DNA of 64,000 bases from Lama glama (Eukaryota): the NCBI GenBank assembly GCA_028534125.1, contig CM052817.1, positions 78,370,001-78,434,000 on the forward strand. Reading direction: 5' to 3'. Every line of letters begins with the position of its first letter. The stretch's first letter is position 1. Below the pieces are notes generated by a model. The model was not told where the DNA came from. It was given only the letters and a program-made list of their open reading frames with translations, and ran no database searches. A program made the translations under genes and the position numbers. Of this stretch, positions 1-13,306 are shown piece after piece.

Positions 1-426
1 AAGAGCGAAAAAGGGCCAAGACAGTTGTACAGAGAGAAGCAGTTGTAGAATTTTAGGAGGTAGTTTCACAACAGTGTTTGAAATTCACTCTAAACCTTGT
101 AAGCTGGATAGGTTTTGAACAGGATAAGATCAGGAGGGCATGAATTTATTAAAGTAGGGAAAACATTGTCAGCAAAATCACAGCATTGTGGAGGGCACAT
201 TTGTGCTATGAAAAAGAACAAACCTAGCAAGAACACTGGGTATTACAGGGAAATTGCAGAAGACTAGACAGAGAAAGCAGCTTCAACACATGGAGGCACT
301 GACAAGTCAGGCATAGATTAAACATGCCCTGTGAATTGCGGCATTTGAGGAAAATTACCTCAGGCTGATGTGACAGGAAAAAAGACTGAAAGTAGAAACC
401 TATAAGGTATTTGTTCATTTGATCAA

Positions 427-892
427 CGTCATGGTGTATTTTATGTGCCAACTTGATGGGACTATAGGATGCCCAGATATTTGGTCAAACATTATTCTAG
501 GCTTGTCAGTGTGAGTGCTGCTGGATGAGATTAACATGTGAACTGGTAGCCTAAGTAAAGCAGATTGCTTTTCACAGTGTGGTGGGCCTCATCTAATCAG
601 TCAAGGTTTGAACAGAATAAAGGCTGACCTGCCAATCGGGAGGTTTCCTCCTGCCTGACTGCCTTCAAAGTGGAACACTGGCTTTTTCCTGCTTTTGGAC
701 TCGAGCTGAATCATCTGCTTTTCTTGTGTCTCAAGCCTGAAGGCCTTCATACTTGAACTACACTATTGGTTATCCTGGTTCTCAAACTGGAATGACACCA
801 TTAGCTCCCCTTGGACTCCATCTTGCTGACTCACCCTGCAGCTCTTGGGACCTATCAGCCTCCACAATCATGTGAGCCAATTTCTTATGATG

Positions 893-927
<35 letters not shown>

Positions 928-985
928 ACACACACACACACACATCCTGTTCATTCTGTTTCTCTAGAGAAACCTAACTAACACA
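427..985 (+). mobile_element. ERVL solo LTR, MLT2-like
   Basis: Starts with MLT2-like ttttatgtgccaacttg and ends ctaactaacaca. Perfect 5-bp TSD atcaa at 422-426 and 986-990. Confidence 0.85.
895..944. repeat. (TC)n(CA)n compound microsatellite inside the LTR
   Basis: Direct reading. Confidence 0.95.
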
Positions 986-1363
986 ATCAAACTTAAAATT
1001 TAAGACATTTGTTATATTGCTACAATCAAATCTATTTGAAAAAAATCTAAAGTACATTTGAAATAACTTCTAGTCAAAGAAAACATATTAACCTAGACAA
1101 AATTTAACATTAAATATGATAAATATAAGCCATTTTCTTCTTTACATTCACACACACAGAAAATCTTGCCTGGCAGCAAGTGGTATGTATACTTAATTTT
1201 AGATGTCTAGATTTTAGTTTTAACACTTAAAAATAAATTTCATATATAATATATATGTAACTTATATATGATATATACATATATTTGTTAGAGTTTAGTT
1301 TCTTCCTCTGATAAATAGGGTATTCTTGTTGTTTGCTTCACTGTATCTATAACAAATGTCTCT

Positions 1364-2128
1364 ATGAAACTTAAAAGCTTCTGCACAGCAAAGGAAACCA
1401 GAAGTAAAACAAGAAGAAAACCNNNNNNNNNNNNNNNNNNNNNNNNNNNNNNNNNNNNNNNNNNNNNNNNNNNNNNNNNNNNNNNNNNNNNNNNNNNNNN
1501 NNNNNNNNNNNNNNNNNNNNNNNNNNNNNNNNNNNNNNNNNNNNNNNNNNNNNNNNNNNNNNNNNNNNNNNNNNNNNNNNNNNNNNNNNNNNNNNNNNNN
1601 NNNNNNNNNNNNNNNNNNNNNNNNNNNNNNNNNNNNNNNNNNNNNNNNNNNNNNNNNNNNNNNNNNNNNNNNNNNNNNNNNNNNNNNNNNNNNNNNNNNN
1701 NNNNNNNNNNNNNNNNNNNNNNNNNNNNNNNNNNNNNNNNNNNNNNNNNNNNNNNNNNNNNNNNNNNNNNNNNNNNNNNNNNNNNNNNNNNNNNNNNNNN
1801 NNNNNNNNNNNNNNNNNNNNNNNNNNNNNNNNNNNNNNNNNNNNNNNNNNNNNNNNNNNNNNNNNNNNNNNNNNNNNNNNNNNNNNNNNNNNNNNNNNNN
1901 NNNNNNNNNNNNNNNNNNNNNNTTTCAAAATTGTAGAACAGATAAACAAGATTACACTGTATAGCACAGGGAAATATACACAAAATGTTATGATAAATCA
2001 CAGAGAAAAAAATGTGACAATGAGTGTGTATATGTCCATGAATGACTGAAAAATTGTGCTGAACACTGGAATTTGACACAACATTGTAAAATGATTATAA
2101 ATCAATAAAAAATGTTAAAAAGAAAAAA
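1364..2128 (+). mobile_element. 5'-truncated young L1 (ORF2 C-terminal fragment + 3'UTR), interrupted by assembly gap
   Basis: MKLKSFCTAKET is an L1 ORF2 motif. After the gap comes an L1-type 3'UTR ending in AATAAA (2104-2109) and an A-rich tail to 2128. Confidence 0.88.
1423..1922. other. Assembly gap (500 N)
   Basis: Run of N. Confidence 1.
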
Positions 2129-2440
2129 GCATGAACATAGACTGATAATATACACATGTAATTCATTATAGTGATTGCCTCCAAGGAATTTTTGGAATTG
2201 GGGCAAATGTTAGTTTACTTCCATTTATTGCTTTATTTCTTTATTACAAAAATCAGTTTTAAGTATATACAGCACAAACTTAACATTTGTTACCTCTCAG
2301 TTTTGTATTCACAGGTATTTTTATATTATTATACATACTATTGTATATTAAAAATCTCAGTATAAAAAAAAAACAAAAACAAATGTCTCTTCTTTCCATT
2401 ATATTTTTTAGCAACTAAAAGATTTTAAACTTTCTTCTTT

Positions 2441-3148
2441 AACATATATGCACCCAATATAGGAGGCTCCTAAATACATAAAGAAATACCAACAGACATA
2501 AAGGGAGAAATTGATGGGAACACAATCATAGAAGGAGACTTTAAAACCCCATTAACATCACTGGACAGATTTTCCAGACAGAAAATCAGTAAGGCAACAG
2601 AGAGACTAAATGACACAATAGAACAGTTGGATTTGGTTGATATTTTTAGGATATTACATCCCCCCCAAACAGAATATACATTCTTTTCAAGTGCTCATGG
2701 AACATTCTCTAGGATAGACCATGTACTCAAGCACAAAAGAAGCCTCAACAAATTTAAGAGGATAGAAATTATTTCAAGCATCTTTTCTGATCACAGTGCC
2801 ATCAAACTAGAAGTCAACCACAGAAAAACAACCACAGCATGGAGATTAAACAGCATGCTGCTAAAAAGCCAACGGGTCAATGATGAAATCAAAGAAGAAA
2901 TTTTTAAAATGTCATAAGAAAAATGACAATGAAAACACAACCACACAAAATCTATGGGAGGCAGCAAAAGTAGTCCTAAGAGGGCTTAGGACTCATAGCA
3001 ATACAGGCTTTCCTCAAAGTAGAACAATCTCAAGTAAACAACCTAAACTATCACCTAAAAGAATTAGAAAAATAAGAGCAAACAAAACCTAAAGTCAGCA
3101 GAAGGAAGGAAACAATTAAGATCAGGGAGGGAACAAATAAAATAGAGA
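2441..3148 (+). mobile_element. L1 ORF2 endonuclease-domain fragment (decayed)
   Basis: DLVDIFRILHP..EYTFFSSAHGTFSRIDHVL..FSDHSAIKLE and QNLWEAAKVVLRG are L1 EN motifs; frameshifted. Confidence 0.93.
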
Positions 3149-3184
3149 TAAACTTTCATCTTTTTCTTTTCTACCGTACTTCTT

Positions 3185-3427
3185 CTTCTCTTTTTTGTTT
3201 TGAAATGTAGTTTATTTACAGTATTGTGTTACCTTCTGGTGTACAGCAGAGTGACTAGTTTATACATACATATATTACTTTCATTATAAGCCATTACAAG
3301 GTATTGAATACAGTTCGCTGTGCTTTACAGTAGGATCTGGTTGTTTATGTTTTATGTATAGTAGTAGGTATCTACAAACTCCAAACTCTCGAGTTCTCTC
3401 TCCCCACCCCCTTTCTCTTCATAAACC
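3185..3427 (-). mobile_element. L1 3' end (cetartiodactyl-type 3'UTR) with degenerate poly(A)
   Basis: T-rich tail followed by ttacagtattgtgtta..gtacagcagagtga..ctgtgctttacagtagga, typical of an L1 3'UTR in reverse. Confidence 0.8.
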
Positions 3428-5551
3428 TTTCAATGACATAGCTTAATTTCAGTGTATTTAATGCAAAGTTGACTAATTCTCAAATACCAATGCTTCATTA
3501 TTGCATTTGTTAAGTATGACTTGAAAGAACACTACAATGTCACGGCAAAGACCTTTTCCCATTAATCTTGGCCATTGCATTATTCTGCATCCCAAGTTTC
3601 TGAGTCGATCCAGACTGGACTGTCTAGTTGTTAATCAGCAGAATATCTTAATTTAAGACTCTGATAGTCTGTAGTCATATTTGTAAAAAGACTTGACATA
3701 GTGATGAGGTGCTATTGGCTGCACAGTCATCTGGCGAAGAGGTAAAAATACTCACACAGTAGACTGAAACGTGTATGCACGTACCAGTACATACTCAGCA
3801 GGGAGAGAGTGAAAGTGTGACACTTTGCCAGACCACATACTCACACACACATAAACTGCAGGCCAGAGTTCAAGTGGAAGCATTTGCTTTCTGTTATTCC
3901 AAAGGAAACAGACATAAGTGTTTTCTGAATTGACAAGGCACATGCAACTAGGTGTGCCACATCAGGAAAGAGGCAAAAGAGCAGGGGAGCCAGGTCAAAA
4001 GCCCCCGTGCAGGGTGGGCAGTGGAAAAACAAACAAAACTGACACAGATCGTTCTTGGGGGGCTCAGACTAGTGGCAGAAATACACATGTAAATAAATCA
4101 TTTCTGTAAGTGAGACCATCAATATATTATGCAGTTTGGGTTTCTGTTCTGGAGGTATGAGGAATATTTTTAATTAAGTATTTTTTAAGTTTCAAATGTT
4201 AAAAGTTTTAAATTCAATATTAAAGAGAATTTAATTCTAAATGAATAGTAATAATAATAATACATTTAAATTAAATATGAAATGCAAGACTCAGCACTTT
4301 TTCCTCCCAGAATAATTTCATAGAATTTCTATTTTCAATTCTATTTCATAAATTGATTATCACCAATCTTGTCATCAAAGGCCCAAAATCAATTGGGAAG
4401 CAAACGTCCTTCGGCCCTGTGGCTTCTTTTTGGTTAATGCTTTGCTGCATTACAAAATTATGAGAGCGTACGTGCCCTTTAAGTGATTTCTAGGGGCACC
4501 TCCTACTAGTGTCCAGCAGTCTCCATCCTGAAAGACACCTGCAAGCAGGCAGAATGCAGCTGTGTTCTGTAAGAAACAATCGGCCTGCACAAAACCTGCT
4601 TCTTTAGAAGAGCTGGCAAGTGGCTCAGCATAACCCAGCAGGATGACCTTACACCTGTCTCTAAGGTTGTCAAACCACTGTTATCCAGTACCTAGTAAAG
4701 GTCTCTGCACAGCACGGTAAGACATCGTCTCTTCAAGCCATTTCCTGTGTCTGTGAAGTCCTAGTTGTCTTTCCAAAGAGAAGACAGGCCACACCACCAC
4801 AGCCAGGACAGTGTCACAGTCAGTAAACAGTGCTCCAGTGTCCTAAACAGATGCACACGTCCAACGACTGAGGTGCCCAGGAGCCGGCAGCCAAGCTGCT
4901 GCCGCCACAGTCAGGAGCAGGCCCCTTAGCGCTCCGTCATTCCAGCCAGCAGGTTGTCCCCTGAGCAGCGAATATTTACGGAGGCGTTTTCTACGTGCTT
5001 AGCATTATACTAGCTATCTTGAGAGGGATTTAGAAGGAATAAGACAGACTGTGCTCTGATTTACAAAGAGGCAAAACTACAAAGATGAAAACTACAAACC
5101 AAGAGAGGGCAGGGATAGTGAAAATTCTTGGTAACTTCTATCCACACATATAGAGGCCAAGTGTCTTACATCTGTTATCTTTTCAATTTAATCCCCACAA
5201 AATCCAGAGGTAGGTATTATTGCCATTCATTCACAAAGAGGAAAGGAGTTTTAAAGATTATTTTTACCACTGTGAAGACAGGAACTAGATCATCTTTTTA
5301 ACTATACTATCGCCAATGCTGAACACAGAGCAGACGCGCAGGAGCTACTGGTTGACGGAGTTAAAAACAAAAAACTGCTCAGCCAGTGACGTTAAGGGTC
5401 AGGAACCTATTGCTTAAAACTGCCTTCCTAACTAGTACCCGAACTGGGCTGGCTTCTGCATTCCGTCTGATTCTATATTCTGGCCTTGTTTTGTCATTGA
5501 TTCTAACCTCACCCCACCCTTCTAAAAAGCACATTTTCCCTCACTGATCCT

Positions 5552-6077
5552 TGCTGTAGCCAGCCTTGAGGATGGCCTCCAATGATGGTCCACCTTCTGG
5601 TATCCACACCCTTGTGCAGTCTCCTCCTGGGCTGGACCATGGCAATGTGGGTCTGTGTGATTAACAGCATCCTACAGAAATGATGGTATGGTATGCCATT
5701 TCCAAAACTAGGTTATAAAAGATTGCTGCTGCTCTCTCTCCCTCAGCACTTTCTTCAGGAGAAGCAAGCTGCTTCTCCATGTCGTGAGGAGCCCTAGAGA
5801 GGGCTCACGTGGTTAAGAACTGAAGCCTCCTGCTAATAGATACATGAACTTGGACGTGGGATCTTCAGCCATAATGAAGTCTTCAGAGATCAAAGAGCCC
5901 CAGCTGACAGCTTGACTGCAACCTCGTGAGAGTCCCTAAGCCAGAACTCTGGAACCACTTGGCTAAGTTCCTCTGAATCCTCGACCCTCAGAAAATGTAT
6001 GAAATAATAAAGGCCTGTGGTTTAAAACTGTGAGAGTGCAGGGGAAATTTGTCATACAGCAATACATAACTAATACA
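5552..6077 (+). mobile_element. MaLR solo LTR, MLT1F-like
   Basis: Starts gtagccagcc..gatggcc and has the MLT1 3' end aatttgtcatacagcaatacataactaataca. Confidence 0.8.
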
Positions 6078-6689
6078 ACCACAGATACATACAGATAAGA
6101 TAGGCTAGATGAAAATCGTTCTGAAAAATAGCTCAAAAGTCATGCTCTAATGAAAGCAATTCATAGAACGCTTGTATCAATCGAAAGCTAACAACATTTC
6201 CTATTTTATTATGGTTTCTGGATTGAGAGGCACAGAAAGTCCTACCTACTCAAAAATTTCCCCTATACCCAGCCTGACGTGCTCTGATTCTGAAATTTTA
6301 CTATTTTTAATTTCAATTCAATGTTAACTTTAGCTCGTTTTTAACATATTAGCTAGCAGCTAAGATGAGGAGAGAGGGACCAATGGGAAAAAGAGGCCAG
6401 GACAAATATTGCCTAGACATGACCTTTATATGAAGGAGAAAAAGGTACAGTCCTTCCTTTGTAATGAATTAAGGATAGCTTGGTAGCTTAAAAAATATCA
6501 AGGAATATGTGATATAAATTAAAATATATTTTTAAAAAATTAAATTGTTTTGCAAATTTTCCACAGTTTCAAAAATATCTTAAATAGCAGGTTAGGATAT
6601 ATGGAAGGTTTTCAAAATCTGGATTGACTCCTTTATAAAGTATCTCAACTCTAAGGTTTTAGAGACAGGGGTTCACAGGGTAGACAGGG

Positions 6690-6918
6690 AAGATAAATCA
6701 TGAGGGATCAAATCCTATCCAGCTACCCCCAGGCTGTGTGGCTCAGGCATGTTACCTAGACCCCTGTGTGGCAGTATCCTCCTGTGACAAAGGGAGATGG
6801 TAATTACAGTGTCTATCTCATGGGGTCACAGTAAGTATTAAGGTTTTAACACATATCACTACTTACTGGCACACAGCAAGCATGCAGAAAGTGTTAGCTG
6901 CCATCATCATCATTATTA
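6690..6918 (+). mobile_element. MIR SINE fragment
   Basis: Degenerate MIR core, and 3' end ggcacacagcaagc..tgttagctgccatcatcatt. Confidence 0.65.
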
Positions 6919-7659
6919 AGGGTTAACTCATATTTCAAGGTTATCACTATAGATAACTTAAGGATATTTCTATGCATATTCATTTTCCCTGCCAATAAAT
7001 GACAACCTGAATGAAAATAACAAACTGATAACTAATAAAATTCTCCTATTCCCCACAGGAACACATGGTCACAGTAGGGCTGGAATTGAAAACCTCATAG
7101 AACTCACTACTTGTAATTTTACTTTAGTTTAAATTTTGACCCTAATGAAAGGCAAATATGCGCCTTACAGGAAGATAGCCCATTAAAAGACAGATCTGCT
7201 AGTTACTGAACTGATATTTTTATGATATTACTGAAGAAAATCACTAGAGAGTTGCACTTCACTATTCTGTGACAGATTCTGTAAGTTCCATTTGTATAAA
7301 TCTGATAGGAAGACACAGAAATAGAGAAGAAACAGAATTGGAGGAAACTGCTTATAATTTGGGGTATTAGTGATAAATCCTTTTGATATTTCTTTTTGTT
7401 GAATACTTGGTTGGTACCATTGCCATCTGAATTCTGCACCAACACTATCACTATTTGATAAGTTTGTCAACCTCTCAGACTTGATGACAGTGGGAAGTCC
7501 TATTCAGGCTTTAAAAACATTCAAGTTCAGAATCACCCAAAGCAAGATACAGATCACTATGTTTATACTTCCTGCATTATCTTTATTAAAATTTTTTACT
7601 AAAACAGAGAAATATTCCTAGTGACTTTAATTTCTTTTCTTTTTCTTTTTAGTAACTAG

Positions 7660-8020
7660 CAGAAAGTCTTGAAGAAAATAACAAAGACTGAGGACTAATG
7701 CTATGACAATCAAAATATATACAACTGCAGTAATAAAAACACTTGTTCTGGCATAGGTACAGAAAAATGGATCAACGGAAAAGAACCAAACACCTAGAAA
7801 CAAATTCAAAATTATACAGTGACCTGATATAGCAAAGTTTATCCTGTAGTAAAATCAGAAAAGAATGGTCTTTTCACTCATGGTTATGGATCACCTGGAT
7901 ATACATATAAGGAAAAAAAGTCAATCTTACCTGCTACTTAACAATATATTAAACAATTAATTCCAGGTGGAAAAAATGTAAATGTGAAAGGTCGAAAAAT
8001 TAATTTTCCAGGGGAAAAAA
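7660..8020 (+). mobile_element. Ancient L1 (L1ME-like) ORF2 3' fragment
   Basis: gcagtaataaaaac..ggcatagg..gatcaacggaa..gaatggtcttttca resemble L1 ORF2 C-terminal motifs. Confidence 0.6.
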
Positions 8021-11000
8021 AAAAGCTCCAAGTTGCTGCTGATCCACATTTGATCTCCCAACTCTTCCATAATGAAATGTCATGTGTTGCCAGAAAAGAC
8101 TTCAGGATAAACTGCCTACGACTGTCCATCCTCACACAAGGCTGAGGTAGGAGAGCAAATAACATGTAATAAAATAGCTCCCCTGGCAATGGGGGAATGA
8201 AACTGACATCGGAATCGGGGCGGAGCTGTGTTGATATCACAAGCTCAACTCAGGGCCCTGGGCCCTCCTGACTTATTTAGACCATCCCCAGATGCTGTCA
8301 CTCCTTATAAAGTAGTAGACCAAGACCCAAATGTTTTTCTATGGGCTTCTTTTTCTTGGAACAACAAGCCACTTTTCAATTTCTGTTGACAATATATTGT
8401 GAAAAGTCCCAAGGAAGATATGTCTGGAAACATGTCCTTAAGAACATAAGATACAACCTTCTATCTCTGAAATGTCCAAAGAACTCCAAGTTTCATCTTT
8501 AAATGACATAACTCTGTGATTAAACAAATGGTTTTCTAGCAAAAGATCACAAATTTTCAAAAACCAGCAAAACACTGAGTAGATCAATTATTTTTTTCAA
8601 ATATTACATATATTTTTCCTTTAGCGTAACAAAATTAGCATTTAATAAGAATCACTCATTTCTTATGGAGCTTAAGAAATTCTTTTAGTTCATTCAAAGC
8701 CACATCTTTACCATTTAGAATTTTCTGGTTTAGCTGGAAATATTTTTCATTGGTCTAAACATACAGTTCAACTGATTATTCTCAAATGTGTGCACATGGG
8801 AGGAATTGTTTGCTTATGAGAACCTTCTTCAATAATTCAGATACTTAAATCATCATTTCCAAAGCAAATTTTCCAAAATCAAATAAATTGCAAAATTAGA
8901 AGTATAATTGAGTCTCCAAAAAGGAGTTCCAATCCTCTGCCAGAACAGACCTCAAATTCTTAATCCCTTGTCCAAAAAAATTGGACCAGGTATTGATGTT
9001 TTCCACCAAGCAAGCCACATAGCCACAAATGTTTCTCATTTACTCCACTCCTGGGACATACAGCTCAAATAAAAAATTTCCTGAATACCCCAAATTTCAG
9101 ATGCAATTTGGAATGCAAGTGATTCATAATGTTATGCAGGAAACATTATGATCTTCTCTTACCAATTCAATGTTTCTGGAATGCAGTCCTCAGGAGGTTA
9201 TCCCAACGAATCACAAGGCTGACATCATAGTCAGCCACATGACCCAACTATTAAGCTCTCTGCCCCTAGTTCAGAAGTGACTTTGAACCTTGAGAAATCT
9301 GCTACTCCAGCTACTGTTCAAGTAAGAAAGACGTTACCCCCAAGGGAGCTAGCAAAGGTCCACACTGTGCTCCGTGGGAAGAAACATGGTAACAGTGCAC
9401 TCGACCCACTTCTTAGGAAAAGCCAAAACCATGTTTAAAGGAATTAAAGGCACTGTCATCACTTCTGCACTGAAGACTCTCACAATGGCCTCTGTTCAGA
9501 TTCTAATTCAAGTGTGAAACTTCACAGAGCCTCTAGTTAGTTTATGAAACCCATTCTATTCCCACTCCATTTCACCCCCCTTATTAAGTCAAATAATAAT
9601 TTCTTAGAGTGCCAAAGCTGCAGTCATCATCTTTTGTAGATTCCTATTTTCTTTCAAGGAAAGAAACACAGTTGATACAGAGGAAGAAAAGTACTGCACT
9701 GAATACACCGAATGAACATGAAAACTATTTTAAGTCTTAGAAATCATGGTTACTAAAAAGGAGACAAGTGTAGATGGCTACAATATAGTGAAATAAATAA
9801 ACAGGACCTAGAGTAGCAAATGTGGGTAGTAAAAAATGGAGATAAACACTGACTGACAGTATTTCACTAACTAAAGAATTCAGTACATCAGCAAAATGTG
9901 CAGTGAAAGGAAATCCTCAAACAAAGATTACCTGAGGGATTCTAAGACAAAACTCCAAGCCGAGCACCTAACACCTTGCAAGTTTGAGCCAGCAGAGAGA
10001 GTAACTGATGCTTCAGAAATAATAGCCAATGGGAAAAAATGCTCAAAATGGAATTTGAGAAAAGCTTAAAATCATTATTTAAGCACAAGGATAAAAGAGT
10101 CTAGTTTAAATAGAATAATATTTTCTAAAATACAACAATGAAGAACCTCAGAAACAATGGGTTTCCTAAATTAGATTTCATGGCTCTATAGGCAATTTTA
10201 ATACTGGTAACAGTTACAAAGACTTAAAGTGAGTCTGTATATTAAAATTAGGACATAACCGAAGATCCTGTGAGACACGTTGGCCTCAGAAAACTACGAA
10301 AAACATGAGATACTTGAAAAAAACTAATGTCTATACATTTAAAAAAGATCAATTTAAATGAGTGGTTGGATCAATGCACGTTAGGAACAATCTAAAAAGT
10401 GGCTTGAATATAGCTGCGTGCCAAAAGATCCTATTTTCCATCCCCACTCAGCCCTTTGGTAAGAGTCCTCACTCAATTATCCATACAAAAAGAAACAGTA
10501 ATCACACTGGGTATCCAATACTTACTTGTACTGAAAAAAATCTAGTTAGCTAATAATATCAGGAATGAAATATTCTGAATGACTATGTTTTCCGCTTCCT
10601 TTAGGACCTAATTCTGTTCACTTTCCCTCTTGCCCCTGTTGATTTTAGACTCAGAATTGGGTGAAATCAGCATAACCCTCAGTAAATTGTTAAATTCTCA
10701 GAGTTTTTTTAATAAATAAATAAATGACATGATGTCCATGAAGCTTCTAGAATAGTGCACATGGTAAATTCTCAAAGAGATGCTAGTTCCTTTATTCTTT
10801 TCCTTTCCCTCTTGCTTCTGCCAACCAGAGCTTTGCTTCCTCTTCTGCAGTTTAGGATTCAGGAGCTGAGTTTTCACATGTGATCAGTCAACTCCCCAAC
10901 AGAACATAATGTTTCTTTACTCTCTGAATGATCTGTTCAATGCATTTTAATTATAGAGCTCTCTAAAAACTTCTTGCCTTAACTTTTTCTCTTCTTCCCC

Positions 11001-11116
11001 TAATTCCCACTGAGAGATCATGGATCACTCACAGTTTGTAATATTGAGCCTAATATTGTGTGCAGCTCTCCACTAAGACACAGGAATACAAAATTCAATA
11101 AAACATGGTTCCCAGC

Positions 11117-11732
11117 CTAGACAGTTAATTTTATGTGTCAAATTGACTAGGCCATAAGGGTCCCTAGGAAATTGTTCAAACATTACTTTGGGTGTTTCTG
11201 TGAGAGTGTTTTTGCATGAAAATAACATTTAACTACAGGGACTTGATTGAGTAAAGTACATTGCCCCATACAATGTGGGTGAGCCTTGCCCAATCCACTG
11301 AAGGCCTGAAAAGAACAAAAGGGTGTCTGTCGCTCCCTCGAGTAAGAGAGGATTCTCCTGCCTGATGGCCTTTACCCTAGAACATCCACTCTTCAGGCCC
11401 GACAGCCTTTCAAGAGGGGCATCGGCTCTTCCTGATCCTACAGCAGCCTTCCAGTCCTTAGACCTGAACTAATCCATCAGCTCTTTCTCGTGTTCCAGTA
11501 GCCTAGTCTGTGCCTTCGGACTCAAAGTGCGACATTGGCTCTGCAGATTTTGGACTTGCCAGCCTCCGTAACCACATAAGCCAATTCCTTATTATAAATG
11601 TCTCTCTGGAGGGACAGATGGATGGATGGATGGATGATAGATAGATAGACAGACAGATAGACAGGTATCATAGACACAGATATAGACATACAGATCATAT
11701 TGGTTGTTTCTCTGAGAACCCTGACTAACACA
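11117..11732 (+). mobile_element. ERVL solo LTR, MLT2-like, nested in an L2 3' fragment; contains a (GATG)/(GATA) microsatellite at ~11617-11662
   Basis: gttaattttatgtgtcaa start and ccctgactaacaca end. The flanks join into an L2-like string aataaaacatggttccc|..ccctcaagaagctca. Confidence 0.85.
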
Positions 11733-12117
11733 CTACCCTCAAGAAGCTCAAAGTACAGTTGTGGGGATACACCCAAGTAAGCTTTCTCCGTGAAGCCTTT
11801 CCTAAACAATAACAGAGAATATTGTGCTACAAGCCAAATAAACCATCAAACAGAAAAGCTACCAATAAGCATTCACTGAATGAATTAAAAGTACTTGAAA
11901 GCAGAATCTGCCAAGGACAATATCAGACCATGTAATTCATTCCCTCAAGAATTCTCACAGAGTGAGTGATCTGGTGTCAGTTTACAGCCCGGTTTGCCCT
12001 TTCCTGCATACACTGACTAGATGAGATTTCTCTGCTTTCATGAGTTAGTTACCGTTATGTGAAGCAGGTCATTGGGAAATAAATTTAAAGCCAGGAGTAC
12101 AGTTATAAATGAGTTCA

Positions 12118-12345
<228 letters not shown>

Positions 12346-13306
12346 TTAGCCATACTAAAAATAACATAATATTTTTTTCATTAAGTATCACCTTTCTTAT
12401 TTGCAGGTGTTGAAGAGATGCATTCCTCCCCTTAGACGTACATCCAAATAGAACCTCCTCTTTCACTTGGCAGATGTCTGGATGACTCACAACTGCAATC
12501 AACTCTCAGAAACATCCTGTGTTGATAGCTCTTTTCTGGTCAAAGTTATTTATTTGTAGTTGCATTTTAATAAATGTGTTGCAATTGCAATTGTTCAGGG
12601 GATGACTACAGTCACAGCCCACCCCTTTCTTCCGCAGAAGAGGGCAGTACTGCTGGGTTCCCCAGGTGGGAGGGGTGGGGCTCGAATAACCCTTTCAGTT
12701 TCTCTCTCCACCTGCTTACTGAATCATTCCCCTATGAGGAGAATGTGCTAATCTAACCAGCAGAATCTGACATCCACTGAGCCACAGTTTCATGTTCTTA
12801 ACTAGTGGATGAATAAGCCAAGTTCCATTTTGTCTTTTCATGGCCTGCTCACGTCTTGCTGAGAAGCACTGCGGACTCTCTGGTTTTTGTCTCATGCCAT
12901 AAGCCCTTCTGGTCAGATCTACCCGACTTTCAACTGCGGGAGAGCGGGTAACTGCCGAAGAATCAGGTCATCCATTGGACATTCTTGAATCCAAGCTGCT
13001 TCGAGTCTCGTTTCTCAAATCCCCTGCGTTGTAGGGTGGTGGGCACCTGCTCAGTTTTAAAAACCACGCCAATCTCTACCTAATGCTCACTCTGTGAATG
13101 CATTTACATTCAAGTGGGGCTGAGGAGAGGAGAGGGAGGGATGAGTGAGTAGCACTAAGATCTCCAACACCAAGTAACACAAACAGAAGGGCTCTCAACT
13201 CACTTGGGGTGGGGAGAAACAAATTCCAGATTCCCCAAATTTTATTTTATAAAATAAGACACAACCAGCCTAATGAAGTATATATTTTCATGATACATTT
13301 GGACAA

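Noticed and set aside
1288..2079. 190-263 aa ORFs
   Set aside because: Artefacts of the 500-N gap.
3756..3890. Possible poison exon on the minus strand (ataacag acceptor; GTGAGTAT donors at 3844 and 3755)
   Set aside because: Weak polypyrimidine tract and no transcript evidence; such pseudo-exons are common in long introns.
7203..7470. Two overlapping ~80-aa minus-strand ORFs as a transposase or gene remnant
   Set aside because: No motif I can recognise; lengths are compatible with chance.
12391..12410. Plus-strand acceptor-like cctttcttatttgcag|G near exon 3 (antisense exon)
   Set aside because: A single motif with no convincing partner donor or reading frame.
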